The position numbers and the translations under genes are program-made. From Candidatus Spongiisociaceae bacterium (GTDB lineage Bacteria > Actinomycetota > Acidimicrobiia > Spongiisociales > Spongiisociaceae): DNA of 64,000 nt. Below are positions 19,428 through 29,544 of this stretch, piece by piece. A model generated the notes under the pieces. It searched no databases and was not told the origin of the DNA. It was given only the letters and a program-made list of their open reading frames with translations. Every line of letters starts with the position of its first letter. Positions within the stretch are counted from its first letter, which is position 1. Where the stretch lies: assembly GCA_965262915.1 (NCBI GenBank), contig OZ253564.1, positions 192,001 to 256,000 of the forward strand. The letters run 5' to 3'.

Positions 19428-20672
19428 TCATCCGGCTTCACCACCAGTACCCGCCATGAACGCTTCCATCTTCCCGATCATGGGGCGGATCCCTCGGGGT
19501 GTGCGGTCTATGAGACCCAAGGCAATGAGTCGGTTTATGTCGCGGGTGACGGTCTTGGTGGTTTTTCCGGCGTAGGCCGCCGCCAGTTGCGGTGTGAGTA
19601 GCGTGATCTCGGAGCGAGGCGTGGGTTCGGATGGCGATAGTGAAAGCACGAGTTCGCGCTGGCGCCTACCAGCGGCCGTGTCGTAGCTGTGCATCGCCTC
19701 TTCGACATAGCTCTGCCACGCCAGAGCCAGATGTTGGGCCCTGATCCACTCCGCCTGCTCTTCGAGACCGTCGACAAAGCCATCAAGTGCATAGGCGATG
19801 AATTCGACCGGTGACCAGGGCCTCATCCGGCTCGACCTGTCGAGTACCTGGTAGTAGCGGCCGCGGGTGTGGTTGTAGTGGTTGGACAGGAGATGGACCG
19901 CGGGCGTGGGCACCATTCGTGACGCGGCGAGAAGATGGAACTCCACCAGTCTCGCGGTACGTCCGTTGCCGTTCCCGAAGGGGTGGATCCACGCAATGTA
20001 GAGGTGCGCCAAGAGCGCTCGGGTCAAGACGCGCGCGAAAGCAAACGGATCGTCCTCTTTGATCTCGAAGTCGGAGCATGCGAGCCAGTCACATAGTCGA
20101 TCGAGAAGGTGGGCACAGTCCCCGGCCTGAGGTCCCCGGTAGCGGCCAACCCGAGTGTCGTGCGTACGGATACTGCCCGGCCGGATCCGGTCGTCCCACT
20201 CCACATCCTGCAGAACCAACTCGTTGTACGAACAGATGAGTTCGGCAGTCAGCGTGAGATCCTTGCCGGTTTGCATGCCTTCGACGATACTCCGGAAGGC
20301 GTCGAGCACGTTCCGTACCTCTTGTCCCAGGTAGCGGCGTGAGGGCGGTAGGCCGAGTTGACCGTCCAGCAGCCTGGATACCTCTTCCTCCGTGAGCGTG
20401 TTGCCCTCAATGGCGGTGGTCGCGTGGGCGCCCTTGCTCAAGTAGGTCCGGTGCAACAGGTCAGCCACTCCCGGCCTGAGGGGCGTCCCCGTGAGATGAG
20501 CGCACCCGGCCTGCGCCCTACCGAACGACACCCACTCCCGCGGCCCGAACCCGGCGATGTCAAAGCTGAATGACAGCCAAGGATGTGTCTCCTGGTACCG
20601 GTAGTCGATTTCGGATCCCTCCTGACGACTAGGGGGTAGCAGACCAGTCGCCTCGATTATACGCACGGACAT
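19428..20672 (-). CDS. Fic family protein
   Basis: HPFGNGNGRTAR Fic motif; ATTAIEGN; C-terminal HTH-like segment. Confidence 0.92.
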   Translation of the reverse strand: MSVRIIEATGLLPPSRQEGSEIDYRYQETHPWLSFSFDIAGFGPREWVSFGRAQAGCAHLTGTPLRPGVADLLHRTYLSKGAHATTAIEGNTLTEEEVSRLLDGQLGLPPSRRYLGQEVRNVLDAFRSIVEGMQTGKDLTLTAELICSYNELVLQDVEWDDRIRPGSIRTHDTRVGRYRGPQAGDCAHLLDRLCDWLACSDFEIKEDDPFAFARVLTRALLAHLYIAWIHPFGNGNGRTARLVEFHLLAASRMVPTPAVHLLSNHYNHTRGRYYQVLDRSSRMRPWSPVEFIAYALDGFVDGLEEQAEWIRAQHLALAWQSYVEEAMHSYDTAAGRRQRELVLSLSPSEPTPRSEITLLTPQLAAAYAGKTTKTVTRDINRLIALGLIDRTPRGIRPMIGKMEAFMAGTGGEAG

Positions 20673-20730
20673 GTCCCTCAGATTGTCCCTTGTTCGTGTC
20701 CGTTCCGCGGGACAGCGGGTTCCGCGTCGC

Positions 20731-22137
20731 TCAGGCGAGTTCGTCTGTGACTACTCCGGACAGGTGGCGGGCGACGGAGCGGGCCGTCTCCATGGTGGGG
20801 GCCTCGACCATGACCCTTATGACCGGCTCGGTACCGGAGGCCCGGACGAGGATGCGCCCGTCGTTGCCCAACTCGGTCTCGGCATCCCGGACCGCATCCC
20901 GTAAGCGGGAGGCCGCCTCCAGGTCCTTGGACCGGACGGGCACGTTCCGGAGCACCTGGGGGAACTCCACCAGGGACTCGCGGCGCAGGTCGCGGACGGA
21001 TCGTCCGGTGACCACGACCACCTCAAGGAGCCGGACCGCGGTCCGGAGACCGTCCCCGGTGGGGGCCCAATCGAGCTGGATGACGTGACCGGACTGCTCG
21101 CCGCCTAGGACGGCGCCGTGCCGGAGCATTGCCTCCAACACGTACCGATCGCCTACCCGCGTCTCCACGAAGTCGATACCCGCCTGGCGCATGGCCTCGC
21201 GGAATCCCAGGTTGGACATGACGGTGGCCACCACCGTGTTGTTGGGGAGTTCTCCCCGGTCGCGCAGGTACCGGGCGATGATCGCCAGTATCACGTCGCC
21301 GTTGGCCACCCGGCCGTCCTCATCGATGACCATGAGCCGGTCGGCGTCACCGTCGAAAGACAGCCCGATCCGGCCCCCGGACACCGCGGCAAGGTACTCG
21401 GGGGTGGCGGCCCCGCAACTGTCGTTGATGTTCATACCGTCGGGCGAAGCGAAGTGTTCCACCACATCCGCTCCCAGCGAGGAGAACAGGTCGGGCGCCG
21501 CCCGGGAGGCCGCCCCGTTGGCGCAGTCGAGGGCCAGCCGGAGCCCTTCCAGGGAGCGAGGTGCCTGGCGGTGGATCCCGGACACGTAGCGCTCGATCGC
21601 ATCCGGAACGCGACGGCGAACACCGATGCCGGCTCCGGTCGGGGCCTTCCACGGCGCACCTCCCCGGAGCCGGGTCTCGATCTCCGCCTCCCTGGCGTCG
21701 TCCATCTTGCTGCCCTGCGCATCGAGGAACTTGACGCCGTTGTCCGGGGCCGGGTTGTGGGAAGCCGAGACCATGACCCCGAGCCGGGCCCCTAGCTCGG
21801 GTATCAGCGAGGACAACCCACCCACCGGGATCACGCCCGCATCCAGGGTGTCCACCCCCACCGAATGGAACCCGGCCTGGAGGCCGGCCGCCAGCATGTC
21901 ACCGGAGCGGCGGGTGTCGCGACCCACCACGACCGGACCAGCCCCGATCAGCTCCCCGGCGGCCCGGCCCAGACCGAACACGAGGGGGACGTCCAGGTCG
22001 ACGTTGGCAACCCCTCTGATGCCGTCGGTGCCGAACAGGCGATGTCCGGGGAAGGGTAGATCAGGAACCGGGGACGACGCCGACAGGGGCGGCGACCGCA
22101 CGCCTAGTGGTCTGTCTGTGAAATGGCCGCGCGGCAT
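20731..22137 (-). CDS. glmM: Phosphoglucosamine mutase (true start may be further downstream)
   Basis: FGTDGIRG, SASHNP, DGDADR, VGDRYV, GGEQSGH, RASGTEP. Confidence 0.95.
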   Translation of the reverse strand: MPRGHFTDRPLGVRSPPLSASSPVPDLPFPGHRLFGTDGIRGVANVDLDVPLVFGLGRAAGELIGAGPVVVGRDTRRSGDMLAAGLQAGFHSVGVDTLDAGVIPVGGLSSLIPELGARLGVMVSASHNPAPDNGVKFLDAQGSKMDDAREAEIETRLRGGAPWKAPTGAGIGVRRRVPDAIERYVSGIHRQAPRSLEGLRLALDCANGAASRAAPDLFSSLGADVVEHFASPDGMNINDSCGAATPEYLAAVSGGRIGLSFDGDADRLMVIDEDGRVANGDVILAIIARYLRDRGELPNNTVVATVMSNLGFREAMRQAGIDFVETRVGDRYVLEAMLRHGAVLGGEQSGHVIQLDWAPTGDGLRTAVRLLEVVVVTGRSVRDLRRESLVEFPQVLRNVPVRSKDLEAASRLRDAVRDAETELGNDGRILVRASGTEPVIRVMVEAPTMETARSVARHLSGVVTDELA

Positions 22138-22267
22138 GCGCCGGCAGCGGCTTTTCTCGCAAGGCCCGCCGACGAAGGCGTGCCCTCAGCGTACGTCGAG
22201 GAGGCGGAACGAAGCGAGGGGCGTCGAGGACAAGCAGGGCACGGCGAGTTGATTTGCAGGCGGACCA

Positions 22268-22660
22268 CTAGCGCTTGGTGTACTGAGGCGCCCGCCTGGC
22301 CTTGCGGAGACCGTACTTCTTGCGTTCCACCACCCGGGCGTCCCGAGTGAGGAGCCCAGCCCTCTTGAGGTCCGTACGCAGATCGGGATCGAGGGCGATC
22401 AGCCCCCGAGCGATACCGAGGCGTATGGCGTCGGCCTGGCCGCTGACCCCGCCGCCGTGGAGCTGGGCGACGATGTCGTAGCGGCCTTCGGCGTTGGCCA
22501 CCCTCAGCGGTTCCAGCACCCGCATGCGCCGTGCCACGGTCGGGAAGTAGCGTTCGAGCGGACGCCCGTTGAGCGTCACCGTTCCGGTTCCGTGGTAGAA
22601 ACGGACCTGGGCCACCGCCTCCTTGCGACGGCCGACCGCCCGTACCAGCGCCTCGGCCAT
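22268..22660 (-). CDS. rpsI: 30S ribosomal protein S9
   Basis: [35 protein letters not shown]. Confidence 0.97.
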   Translation of the reverse strand: MAEALVRAVGRRKEAVAQVRFYHGTGTVTLNGRPLERYFPTVARRMRVLEPLRVANAEGRYDIVAQLHGGGVSGQADAIRLGIARGLIALDPDLRTDLKRAGLLTRDARVVERKKYGLRKARRAPQYTKR

Positions 22661-23127
22661 CACGCACCTACCTTGCGGAGTCCGAGGTCGAGATGCTCCG
22701 GACGCTGGGCTCTGTGCGGGTGGTCGGGACCCGCGTAGACCTTGAGCTTGCGGATCATCTGCCTCCCCAGCTTGGTCTTGGGCAGCATTCCCCGCACCGC
22801 CCGCTCGATCACGGCCTTGGGACGGCGGTGGATCAGGCTCTCGAACGATTCCTCCTTGAGGCCGCCCGGGTATCCGGAGTGCCGGTAGTAGATCTTGTCC
22901 TGGCTCTTGTTCGAGGTGACCGCAACCTTATCGGCGTTGATCACGATCACGAAGTCGCCTCCGTCCACATGGGGGGCGTAGTTGGGCTTGCGCTTGCCGG
23001 AGAGGATCGGGGTGAGCAGGGAAGCGAGGCGACCCAGCGGCGCACCGGTGGCGTCGACGACAAACCAGCGGCGCTCGATGTCGCCCGGCTTGGGGGTATA
23101 GGTCTTCAGTCTGTTCACCCTGGTCAC
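22660..23127 (-). CDS. rplM: 50S ribosomal protein L13
   Basis: [28 protein letters not shown]. Confidence 0.97.
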   Translation of the reverse strand: MTRVNRLKTYTPKPGDIERRWFVVDATGAPLGRLASLLTPILSGKRKPNYAPHVDGGDFVIVINADKVAVTSNKSQDKIYYRHSGYPGGLKEESFESLIHRRPKAVIERAVRGMLPKTKLGRQMIRKLKVYAGPDHPHRAQRPEHLDLGLRKVGA

Positions 23128-23365
23128 CGTCTCAATCGGAAGGTTGCATCATATGGGATCGGCGATCCCGGGACCGTGTGGGCCGCGAGCCGCACCCGGC
23201 ACCGCGATGGCGGAGGATCGCCACCCGAGCCGCGGCCGCAAACCCGGATCGGGGGACCCGTAGTGTAGCCGTCCTCAGCGCTAGGTGCCAGACAGCCTCG
23301 CGAGACAGCAGCGTCGCACGATGGACCGCCCGTGGCCCGGAGGACGAGCACGGCCCCCCGAAGCA

Positions 23366-23638
23366 CAAGGGGGTTGTCGCTGCCCGGTGCATACTGAGTG
23401 ATACCGTCAGCACAAACATCGCCGCAGTTCCGGAAGCGGTGATCATCAACGGGGTCTCGTTCCCCTGGCAGGTAGCCCATCCCGGGCTCGTGAACCAAAG
23501 GGGAGCGGCGGACAGACCGCAGGCAGGGGTCTCGGAAACCCTAGCCATGTCGCGTTCGCCGGACCGATCTCGGAGGTGGCGGTGGGGGTGGACCCACCCG
23601 GGGAGGCGAAGCCGGGACGTTTTTCGCGAGCTTGAGGG
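23366..23638 (+). repeat. Dispersed intergenic element, copy 2 (longer, more diverged)
   Basis: CAAGGGGGTTG head, CATACT, CGCGTTC, (GGN)6-CCC core, TTTTCGCGA..TGAGGG tail. Confidence 0.6.
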
Positions 23639-23671
23639 GCACCCTATCTGCTAAGGACCGTTCCGGCGGCT

Positions 23672-24403
23672 TTAGTAGTCGACCTGCCAAAGCACCAGAC
23701 CGTGGGGCGGAGCAGCCCCGCGAGCCGCATTCCGGTTCCTTGCTTCGAGAACCCGTGGGGTCGCATCCGGTCTCAACCGGCCCCTACCCACTTCGGCGGA
23801 GAAGGCGACGATTGACCGCACCATCTGGTGGCAGAAGGCCGAGCCGACGATCTCCAGTTGAACCAGGTCGTCGGACCGGGCGGTCCAGCCGGCCGACAGG
23901 ATCGTCCGGACCGTCGAGCGGCCCTCGGATTTGCGACAGAAGGAGGCGAAGTCGTGCTCCCCGACGAGGTACCGGACGGCCCCGTCCATCGATCCCACAT
24001 CCAGGGGTTCCTTCACATGCCACGTGACGGCCCGCCGGAGGGGATCGGGGAACGGGCGGTTGAGGATCCGGTAACGGTAGGTACGCCGGATCGCGCTGAA
24101 GCGGGCCGAAAAGCCGCCCGGTACCTGCTCGCAGCGGTACACGACGATCTCGGGGCCCAGCAGCCCGGTCAGCGCTCTGGCCAGGCGGCCGCGATCGACC
24201 GGTATCTCCGTGAGGAAGGACACCACCTGATGGCGGGCGTGGACGCCCGCATCCGTGCGGCCCGCCACCTCGGTCCGGACCGGTTCGAGGATCCGGGCCA
24301 TGGCCTCCTCTAGTTCGCCCTGAACGGTACGCACGTCCGGTTGCCGGGCATAGCCGTGGAACCCGGATCCGTCGTAGGAGAGATCGATGCGGTAGGTGGG
24401 CAT
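23672..24403 (-). CDS. truA: tRNA pseudouridine synthase A
   Basis: YDGSGFHG, AGRTDAGVHA, GEHDFASF, MVRSIV. Confidence 0.96.
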   Translation of the reverse strand: MPTYRIDLSYDGSGFHGYARQPDVRTVQGELEEAMARILEPVRTEVAGRTDAGVHARHQVVSFLTEIPVDRGRLARALTGLLGPEIVVYRCEQVPGGFSARFSAIRRTYRYRILNRPFPDPLRRAVTWHVKEPLDVGSMDGAVRYLVGEHDFASFCRKSEGRSTVRTILSAGWTARSDDLVQLEIVGSAFCHQMVRSIVAFSAEVGRGRLRPDATPRVLEARNRNAARGAAPPHGLVLWQVDY

Positions 24404-24520
24404 GGCCGGCCCGGCCGGGTCAGATCGCCGGCGGGCGGGGCTGGTGGTCCCTCGCCCCGGCCTCGGCAGGCGAAGACATGGGAAGTGGACCTCCCGATTC
24501 TCGTCGCCTGCTCCACATGC

Positions 24521-25012
24521 TCAAAACGTGAGCGTTCCCCTGTACAGGATCGTCCCTATGTACCAGCCCAGCACCCCGGCGCCGGCCGCGAAGCTGTCCT
24601 CGGGGTGGTTCAGGTCGAACTGGGAACCCGCAACGATCCGGAGGGCGAAGAAGAACCAGACAATGGACGCGACGGTGAAGGCTGTCGACACTCTCCCCAG
24701 CCAGGGATTCACCGCTATCAGGATGAAGGCTACGTTGGCGAAACCGACCAGCCGGAAGGTAACCGTCAGCTCACCGTAGCGTCGGAACAGGTAAACACCC
24801 GACGCCCATACGGCCCCTGCCACGAGACCCGCACGCAGGATGCCCCACAGCATGGCCGCTACCGCGTCGACTACCGAGAAGGAGTGGAACACGGGAAGGA
24901 GCCCCACGATGGCGACGACCACCACCGCGTTGCCGGTGGCGTAGTTGTCGTAGAGCAACGACGTGTAAAAGGATCTGCTCAGTCGCCCTGCGCGAACCAT
25001 CTGGCGTAGCAC
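24521..25012 (-). CDS. Hypothetical integral membrane protein
   Basis: 163 aa with several hydrophobic segments. Confidence 0.7.
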   Translation of the reverse strand: MLRQMVRAGRLSRSFYTSLLYDNYATGNAVVVVAIVGLLPVFHSFSVVDAVAAMLWGILRAGLVAGAVWASGVYLFRRYGELTVTFRLVGFANVAFILIAVNPWLGRVSTAFTVASIVWFFFALRIVAGSQFDLNHPEDSFAAGAGVLGWYIGTILYRGTLTF

Positions 25013-25094
25013 GACACCCTCGCTGACATGGGATATTCAGGTATCTCGGAGGCTACCAGGTCGCAGCCCTTCCCCGATCATCCAAGCCGGAGGA

Positions 25095-25445
25095 TTAGAC
25101 GAGCTCGATGACGGCCATCTCCGTGTTGTCACCCCGGCGAGGTCCGATCTTGACGATTCGGGTGTAGCCGCCCGGGCGTCTCCTGTACCGCGGAGCGACC
25201 TCGTCGAACAGCTTGGTGACGACCTCCAAGTCCGTGATGTCCTTGAGGACCAGGCGGCGCGAGTGGAGATCCCCGCGGCGGGCCTTAGTGATGATCTTCT
25301 CGACGTACGGGCGGAGCACCTTGGCCTTGGTGAGCGTGGTGGTGATCTGCTCGTCCCAGATCAGCGACTGTGCCAGGTTCGACAGGATCGCCTTCTGGTG
25401 GGCGGGGTCACCTCCCAGCCGCTTGCCCCTCCTCGGGCGGGGCAT
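25095..25445 (-). CDS. rplQ: 50S ribosomal protein L17
   Basis: [23 protein letters not shown]. Confidence 0.97.
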   Translation of the reverse strand: MPRPRRGKRLGGDPAHQKAILSNLAQSLIWDEQITTTLTKAKVLRPYVEKIITKARRGDLHSRRLVLKDITDLEVVTKLFDEVAPRYRRRPGGYTRIVKIGPRRGDNTEMAVIELV

Positions 25446-26398
25446 CAGGCACCGTTCCTGTCTCGGGCGGCGGAGATGCCGAGTCCCAGCTCGTCGAGCT
25501 TGGAGACCACTTCCTCAAGGCTCTTCTGCCCGAAGTTGGTGATGTCCAGCAGGTCCTCCCTCGTCTGCTGCACGAGGTCCCCCACCGTATCGATCTGGGC
25601 CCGCCGCAGGCAGTTCCGGGGCCGCTCGGAGAGATCCAGCGCCTCGATGGGCAGGTCAAGGTCCTGGGAGACCGAGTCGGTGACGGCCAAGTCTCCGAGT
25701 TCCAGCCCCACCCCCTCTCCCACGTCGGCGAAAAGGCCCAGTAGCTCGCGGAGGGTCTTGCCCGCCGAGGACAGCGCCTCGGCCGGCCCGATCGATCCGT
25801 CGGTCTCCACGTCCACCACCAGCCGGTCGAAGTTGGTCATCTGGCCCACCTGGGTGCTCTCCACCCGGTAGGAGACCTTGCGCACCGGGGAGAAGATCGA
25901 GTCGATCGGGATCGTTCCTATCGGATCGTTGCGCTTGTTCTTCTCGGCGGTCCGGTAGCCGACGCCCTGCTCGACGGTCAACTCCATCTCCAGCGTGGCG
26001 CCGTCCGAGAGGGTGACGATGTGGAGGTCCTTGTTCACGACCTCCACCCCGCTGGGCGCCGCCAGGGCGGCGGCCGTGACGGCGCCGGCGCCCGACACCG
26101 CGAGTTCCAGGGTGAGTGGCTCCGGATCGTCCATCCGCACCACCAGACGCTTGATGTTGAGGATGATGTCGACCACGTCCTCCTCCACGCCGGGAACCGT
26201 CGTGAACTCGTGATAGATGCCATTGATCCGCAGCGACGATACGGCTGCTCCGGGTATGCGGGAGAGCAGTGTCCGCCGCAGGGTGTTCCCGAGCGTGTAA
26301 CCGAAGCCCGGCTCCAGCGGTTCGATCAAGAAACGTGCCCGGAACTCGCCGACCACTTCGGATTCGATCTGTGGACGTTGGACTATGAGGGCTTGCAC
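25445..26398 (-). CDS. rpoA: RNA polymerase alpha subunit
   Basis: [39 protein letters not shown]. Confidence 0.98.
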   Translation of the reverse strand: MQALIVQRPQIESEVVGEFRARFLIEPLEPGFGYTLGNTLRRTLLSRIPGAAVSSLRINGIYHEFTTVPGVEEDVVDIILNIKRLVVRMDDPEPLTLELAVSGAGAVTAAALAAPSGVEVVNKDLHIVTLSDGATLEMELTVEQGVGYRTAEKNKRNDPIGTIPIDSIFSPVRKVSYRVESTQVGQMTNFDRLVVDVETDGSIGPAEALSSAGKTLRELLGLFADVGEGVGLELGDLAVTDSVSQDLDLPIEALDLSERPRNCLRRAQIDTVGDLVQQTREDLLDITNFGQKSLEEVVSKLDELGLGISAARDRNGA

Positions 26399-26482
26399 GG
26401 CCTCTTCCTCTCGGTCTCTGTGTGCGTCAGTCGTTGGTAGGTAATGGGAATGCCATCGATGGGTCTGTGTCGTTCGGGAGGC

Positions 26483-27100
26483 CTACCGGGAATACAACTC
26501 GACAACCAGTTGCTCCCGGACGGCGGTGTCGATCTGCGCCCTCGTCGGGACATCGCGGACCACGATCCGACGCTCGTCGAGCCCGACATCCAGCCACTCG
26601 GGAACCCGGCGGTCCCCGGACGTGTCGACCGCGTGCCGGATCACGATGATCTCCGTGGACTTCGGCTTGACCGTCACCACGTCTCCGGCCCGCACCCGGT
26701 AGGAAGGGATGTCGACCTTGCGCTCGTTGACCCGGAAGTGCCCGTGGTTGACCAGCTGCCTGGCCTGCGGCCGGGTCCTGGCCAGACCCGACCGGTAGAC
26801 CACGTTGTCGAGACGGCACTCGAGGATCTGGAGCAGGTTCTCGCCGCTTATCCCCCGGTGCCGGGCCGCCTCGTGGTAGTAGCGGCGGAACTGGCGCTCC
26901 AACACCCCGTAGATCTGGCGTATCTTCTGCTTCTCGCGCAGCTGGTGGAGGTAGTCGGAGTCGTTGCTCCTCCTACCGCGGCGCCGACCGTGCTCGCCGG
27001 GCGGGTAGGGGCGGCGGTCGTAGTACTTAGCTTTGTTGTCGTCGAGGAGCTGTCCCAGACGTCGACTCTTCCGCGTGCGGGGACCTAGGTAGCGGGCCAC
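26483..27100 (-). CDS. rpsD: 30S ribosomal protein S4
   Basis: ARYLGP, QLREKQK, RLDNVVYR, VVELYSR. Confidence 0.97.
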   Translation of the reverse strand: MARYLGPRTRKSRRLGQLLDDNKAKYYDRRPYPPGEHGRRRGRRSNDSDYLHQLREKQKIRQIYGVLERQFRRYYHEAARHRGISGENLLQILECRLDNVVYRSGLARTRPQARQLVNHGHFRVNERKVDIPSYRVRAGDVVTVKPKSTEIIVIRHAVDTSGDRRVPEWLDVGLDERRIVVRDVPTRAQIDTAVREQLVVELYSR

Positions 27101-27103
27101 TCT

Positions 27104-27496
27104 TCACCCCCTCCGGCGCTTCTTCGGGCGGCAGCCATTGTGGGCCAGCGGTGTCACATCCCTGACGCCGGCGATCTCGATGCCCATGTTCTGGAGGGTA
27201 CGGACGGCTGTGTCCCTCCCCGCCCCGTTACCGCTCACGATGACGTCCAGCTTGCGAATGCCGTGCTCGCCGGCCCGGCGAGAGGCCTCCTCGGCCGCCA
27301 CCTGCGCTGCATAGGGAGTGGACTTGCGGGAGCCCTTGAAACCCACCGATCCTCCCGATGTCCAGACGATGGTGTTGCCGTTCACGTCGGTAATGTTGAT
27401 GATGGTGTTGTTGAAGCTCGCCTTGATGTGCGCCTGGCCGAACGCGATGTTCTTGCGCTCGCGGCGGCGGACCCGCTTCTGCTGCTTCCTAGCCAC
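27104..27496 (-). CDS. rpsK: 30S ribosomal protein S11
   Basis: [25 protein letters not shown]. Confidence 0.97.
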   Translation of the reverse strand: MARKQQKRVRRRERKNIAFGQAHIKASFNNTIINITDVNGNTIVWTSGGSVGFKGSRKSTPYAAQVAAEEASRRAGEHGIRKLDVIVSGNGAGRDTAVRTLQNMGIEIAGVRDVTPLAHNGCRPKKRRRG

Positions 27497-27536
27497 GACA
27501 TCCTCCGGATCTCACGTTCCCGCCTTCCTGCAACAT

Positions 27537-27914
27537 TTACTTCTTCACCTTCTTCTTTCCGGCGATCGCCCGCCGGGGGCCCTTGCGGGTCCGGGCGTTC
27601 GTGTGGGTGCGCTGCCCGCGTACCGGGAGACCTCGGCGGTGGCGCAGACCCTGGTAGCAGCCGATCTCCATCTTTCGCTTGATGTTCTGGGCCACGACCC
27701 TGCGCAAGTCACCCTCCACCCTGAGTTGGGACTGGATGTAGGTGCGGATCCGGCTCACCTCCTCATCGGTGAGGTGGCGGACCCTGGTGTCGGAGTCGAT
27801 CCCCAGTTCGCTGCACATCCGGCGGGAAGTGGTGATCCCGACTCCGTATATGTAGGTAAGGCCGATCTCAAGGCGCTTCTGCCTGGGGAGATCGACGCCC
27901 GCGATGCGTGCCAC
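27537..27914 (-). CDS. rpsM: 30S ribosomal protein S13
   Basis: [27 protein letters not shown]. Confidence 0.97.
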   Translation of the reverse strand: MARIAGVDLPRQKRLEIGLTYIYGVGITTSRRMCSELGIDSDTRVRHLTDEEVSRIRTYIQSQLRVEGDLRRVVAQNIKRKMEIGCYQGLRHRRGLPVRGQRTHTNARTRKGPRRAIAGKKKVKK

Positions 27915-27925
27915 CGGCTACCGCC

Positions 27926-28039
27926 TCATCCTTGACGCTGCTTGTGCCGCGGGTTCGAGCACACGACCCACACGCGGCGCCGCCGCCGGATCAACTGGCA
28001 GTGGTCGCACATTCTCTTGGCGGAGGGTCGTACTTTCAC
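27926..28039 (-). CDS. rpmJ: 50S ribosomal protein L36
   Basis: Manual translation from GTG: [37 protein letters not shown]. Confidence 0.95.
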   Translation of the reverse strand: MKVRPSAKRMCDHCQLIRRRRRVWVVCSNPRHKQRQG

Positions 28040-28161
28040 GGTTACCTCTTTGACGTCGCCTAGCTCCGGGAACTCGTATCAGAACCCGATTATTCCGGCC
28101 GACCTTCCGCCATGGCGGGGGAGGGCACACGAAAGCGCCGACCGTAGGTCGGCAGGCAATT

Positions 28162-28935
28162 CTAACCCATCGGCTGGGAAGTCAGCAAGTCGCTCACCGT
28201 CATGACCACGGGGCCGTCCGAGGTGAGGGCCACGGTGTGCTCGAAGTGGGCCGACCGGCGGCCGTCAGCGGTCACCACCGTCCATCCGTCCTCCTTGGTG
28301 ACGGTGTCCCCGGTCCCGAGATTGAACATGGGCTCGATGCAGACCGCCATCCCCTTCCTCAGCCGGTACCCCTTGCCGGGCACCCCGTAGTTGGGGATCT
28401 GGGGGCTCTCGTGCATCGACCGCCCGATGCCATGACCGACGTAGTCACGGACCACGCCGTATCCGTGGGGCGAGGCGACCTGCTCGACGGCGTGGCCGAT
28501 GTCACCCACCCTGGCTCCGTTCCGGACCTGGTCGATCCCGGACCAGAGGGCCTTCCGGGTGACCTCCAGGAGCCGGGCCGCCTCCTCGTCGATCGGCCCG
28601 ATACCCACCGTGAGGGCGGCGTCGCCGTGGTAGCCCTCGTAGATGGCGCCGGCATCGATGGAGAGGATGTCACCGGGACTGAGGCGGTAGTCGCCGGGGA
28701 TCCCGTGGACGATCACATCGTTGGGCGAGGCACATATGTGAGCCGGGAACCCGTGGTAGTTGAGGAAGGACGGCCGGCAGCCCCAGGCCCGGATGACGGT
28801 CTCCGCCACCTGGTCCAGTTGCCGGAGGGCGACTCCCACTTCCGCTGCCTCCACCACCGCCTCGTGAACGGCTGCCACGCAGGCTCCGGCCCTGGCCATC
28901 TTGCGGAACTCGCGATCGTTCTTGATGGTGATCAT
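28162..28935 (-). CDS. map: Type I methionine aminopeptidase
   Basis: VHGIP, GYHGDAA, GHGIG..MHE.P, IEPM, SAHFEHT. Confidence 0.96.
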   Translation of the reverse strand: MITIKNDREFRKMARAGACVAAVHEAVVEAAEVGVALRQLDQVAETVIRAWGCRPSFLNYHGFPAHICASPNDVIVHGIPGDYRLSPGDILSIDAGAIYEGYHGDAALTVGIGPIDEEAARLLEVTRKALWSGIDQVRNGARVGDIGHAVEQVASPHGYGVVRDYVGHGIGRSMHESPQIPNYGVPGKGYRLRKGMAVCIEPMFNLGTGDTVTKEDGWTVVTADGRRSAHFEHTVALTSDGPVVMTVSDLLTSQPMG

Positions 28936-29495
28936 GCTCGGGGCAAACCGGCGAGGGCCTCCAGGATGCGATCGGTTATGGCCTCTATCCGGCCGGTGCC
29001 GGGTACGTGCACCGCGATGTGGCGGCCCTGGTAGAAACCGATGAGTGGCGCAGTATCCCTCTCGTAGACGTCGAGGCGGTTCCGGACCGAGGGCTCGGTG
29101 TCGTCCGCCCGGCCCCGGGCCAGCATCCGTTCGACGAGGACCTCCACGGGTGCTTCCAGGACCACCGCCGCGTCGAGGGCGTCCGCGCCGATAACGTCGT
29201 CGAGAGCCCGAGCCTGCGGGAGGGTGCGGGGAAACCCGTCGAGGATGTACCCGTCCGCGGCGTCGGGCAGGCCGATGCGGGCGGTGAGCATCTCGACGGT
29301 GAGGGCGTCGGGTACGAGGTCACCGCGGGCGAGTATCCTGCTCACCCGCTTGCCGAGCGGCGTGCCTTCCGCGATGTGCCGCCGGAACATGTCGCCGGTG
29401 GAGATGTGGACGATACCGAGGGCGATTGACACGTTCGCCGCCTGCGTACCCTTTCCCACCCCCGGCGGTCCGAGGAGCAGGAGCCTCAGCCTCAT
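28932..29495 (-). CDS. adk: Adenylate kinase (short, LID-less type)
   Basis: GPPGVGKGTQ, HISTGDMFR, LDGFPR, RGRADD. Confidence 0.96.
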   Translation of the reverse strand: MRLRLLLLGPPGVGKGTQAANVSIALGIVHISTGDMFRRHIAEGTPLGKRVSRILARGDLVPDALTVEMLTARIGLPDAADGYILDGFPRTLPQARALDDVIGADALDAAVVLEAPVEVLVERMLARGRADDTEPSVRNRLDVYERDTAPLIGFYQGRHIAVHVPGTGRIEAITDRILEALAGLPRA

Positions 29496-29544
29496 GGCTT
29501 CGATCTGACCCGCCCCGGGGGAGCAGGCCGGCAGAACCGGACGC

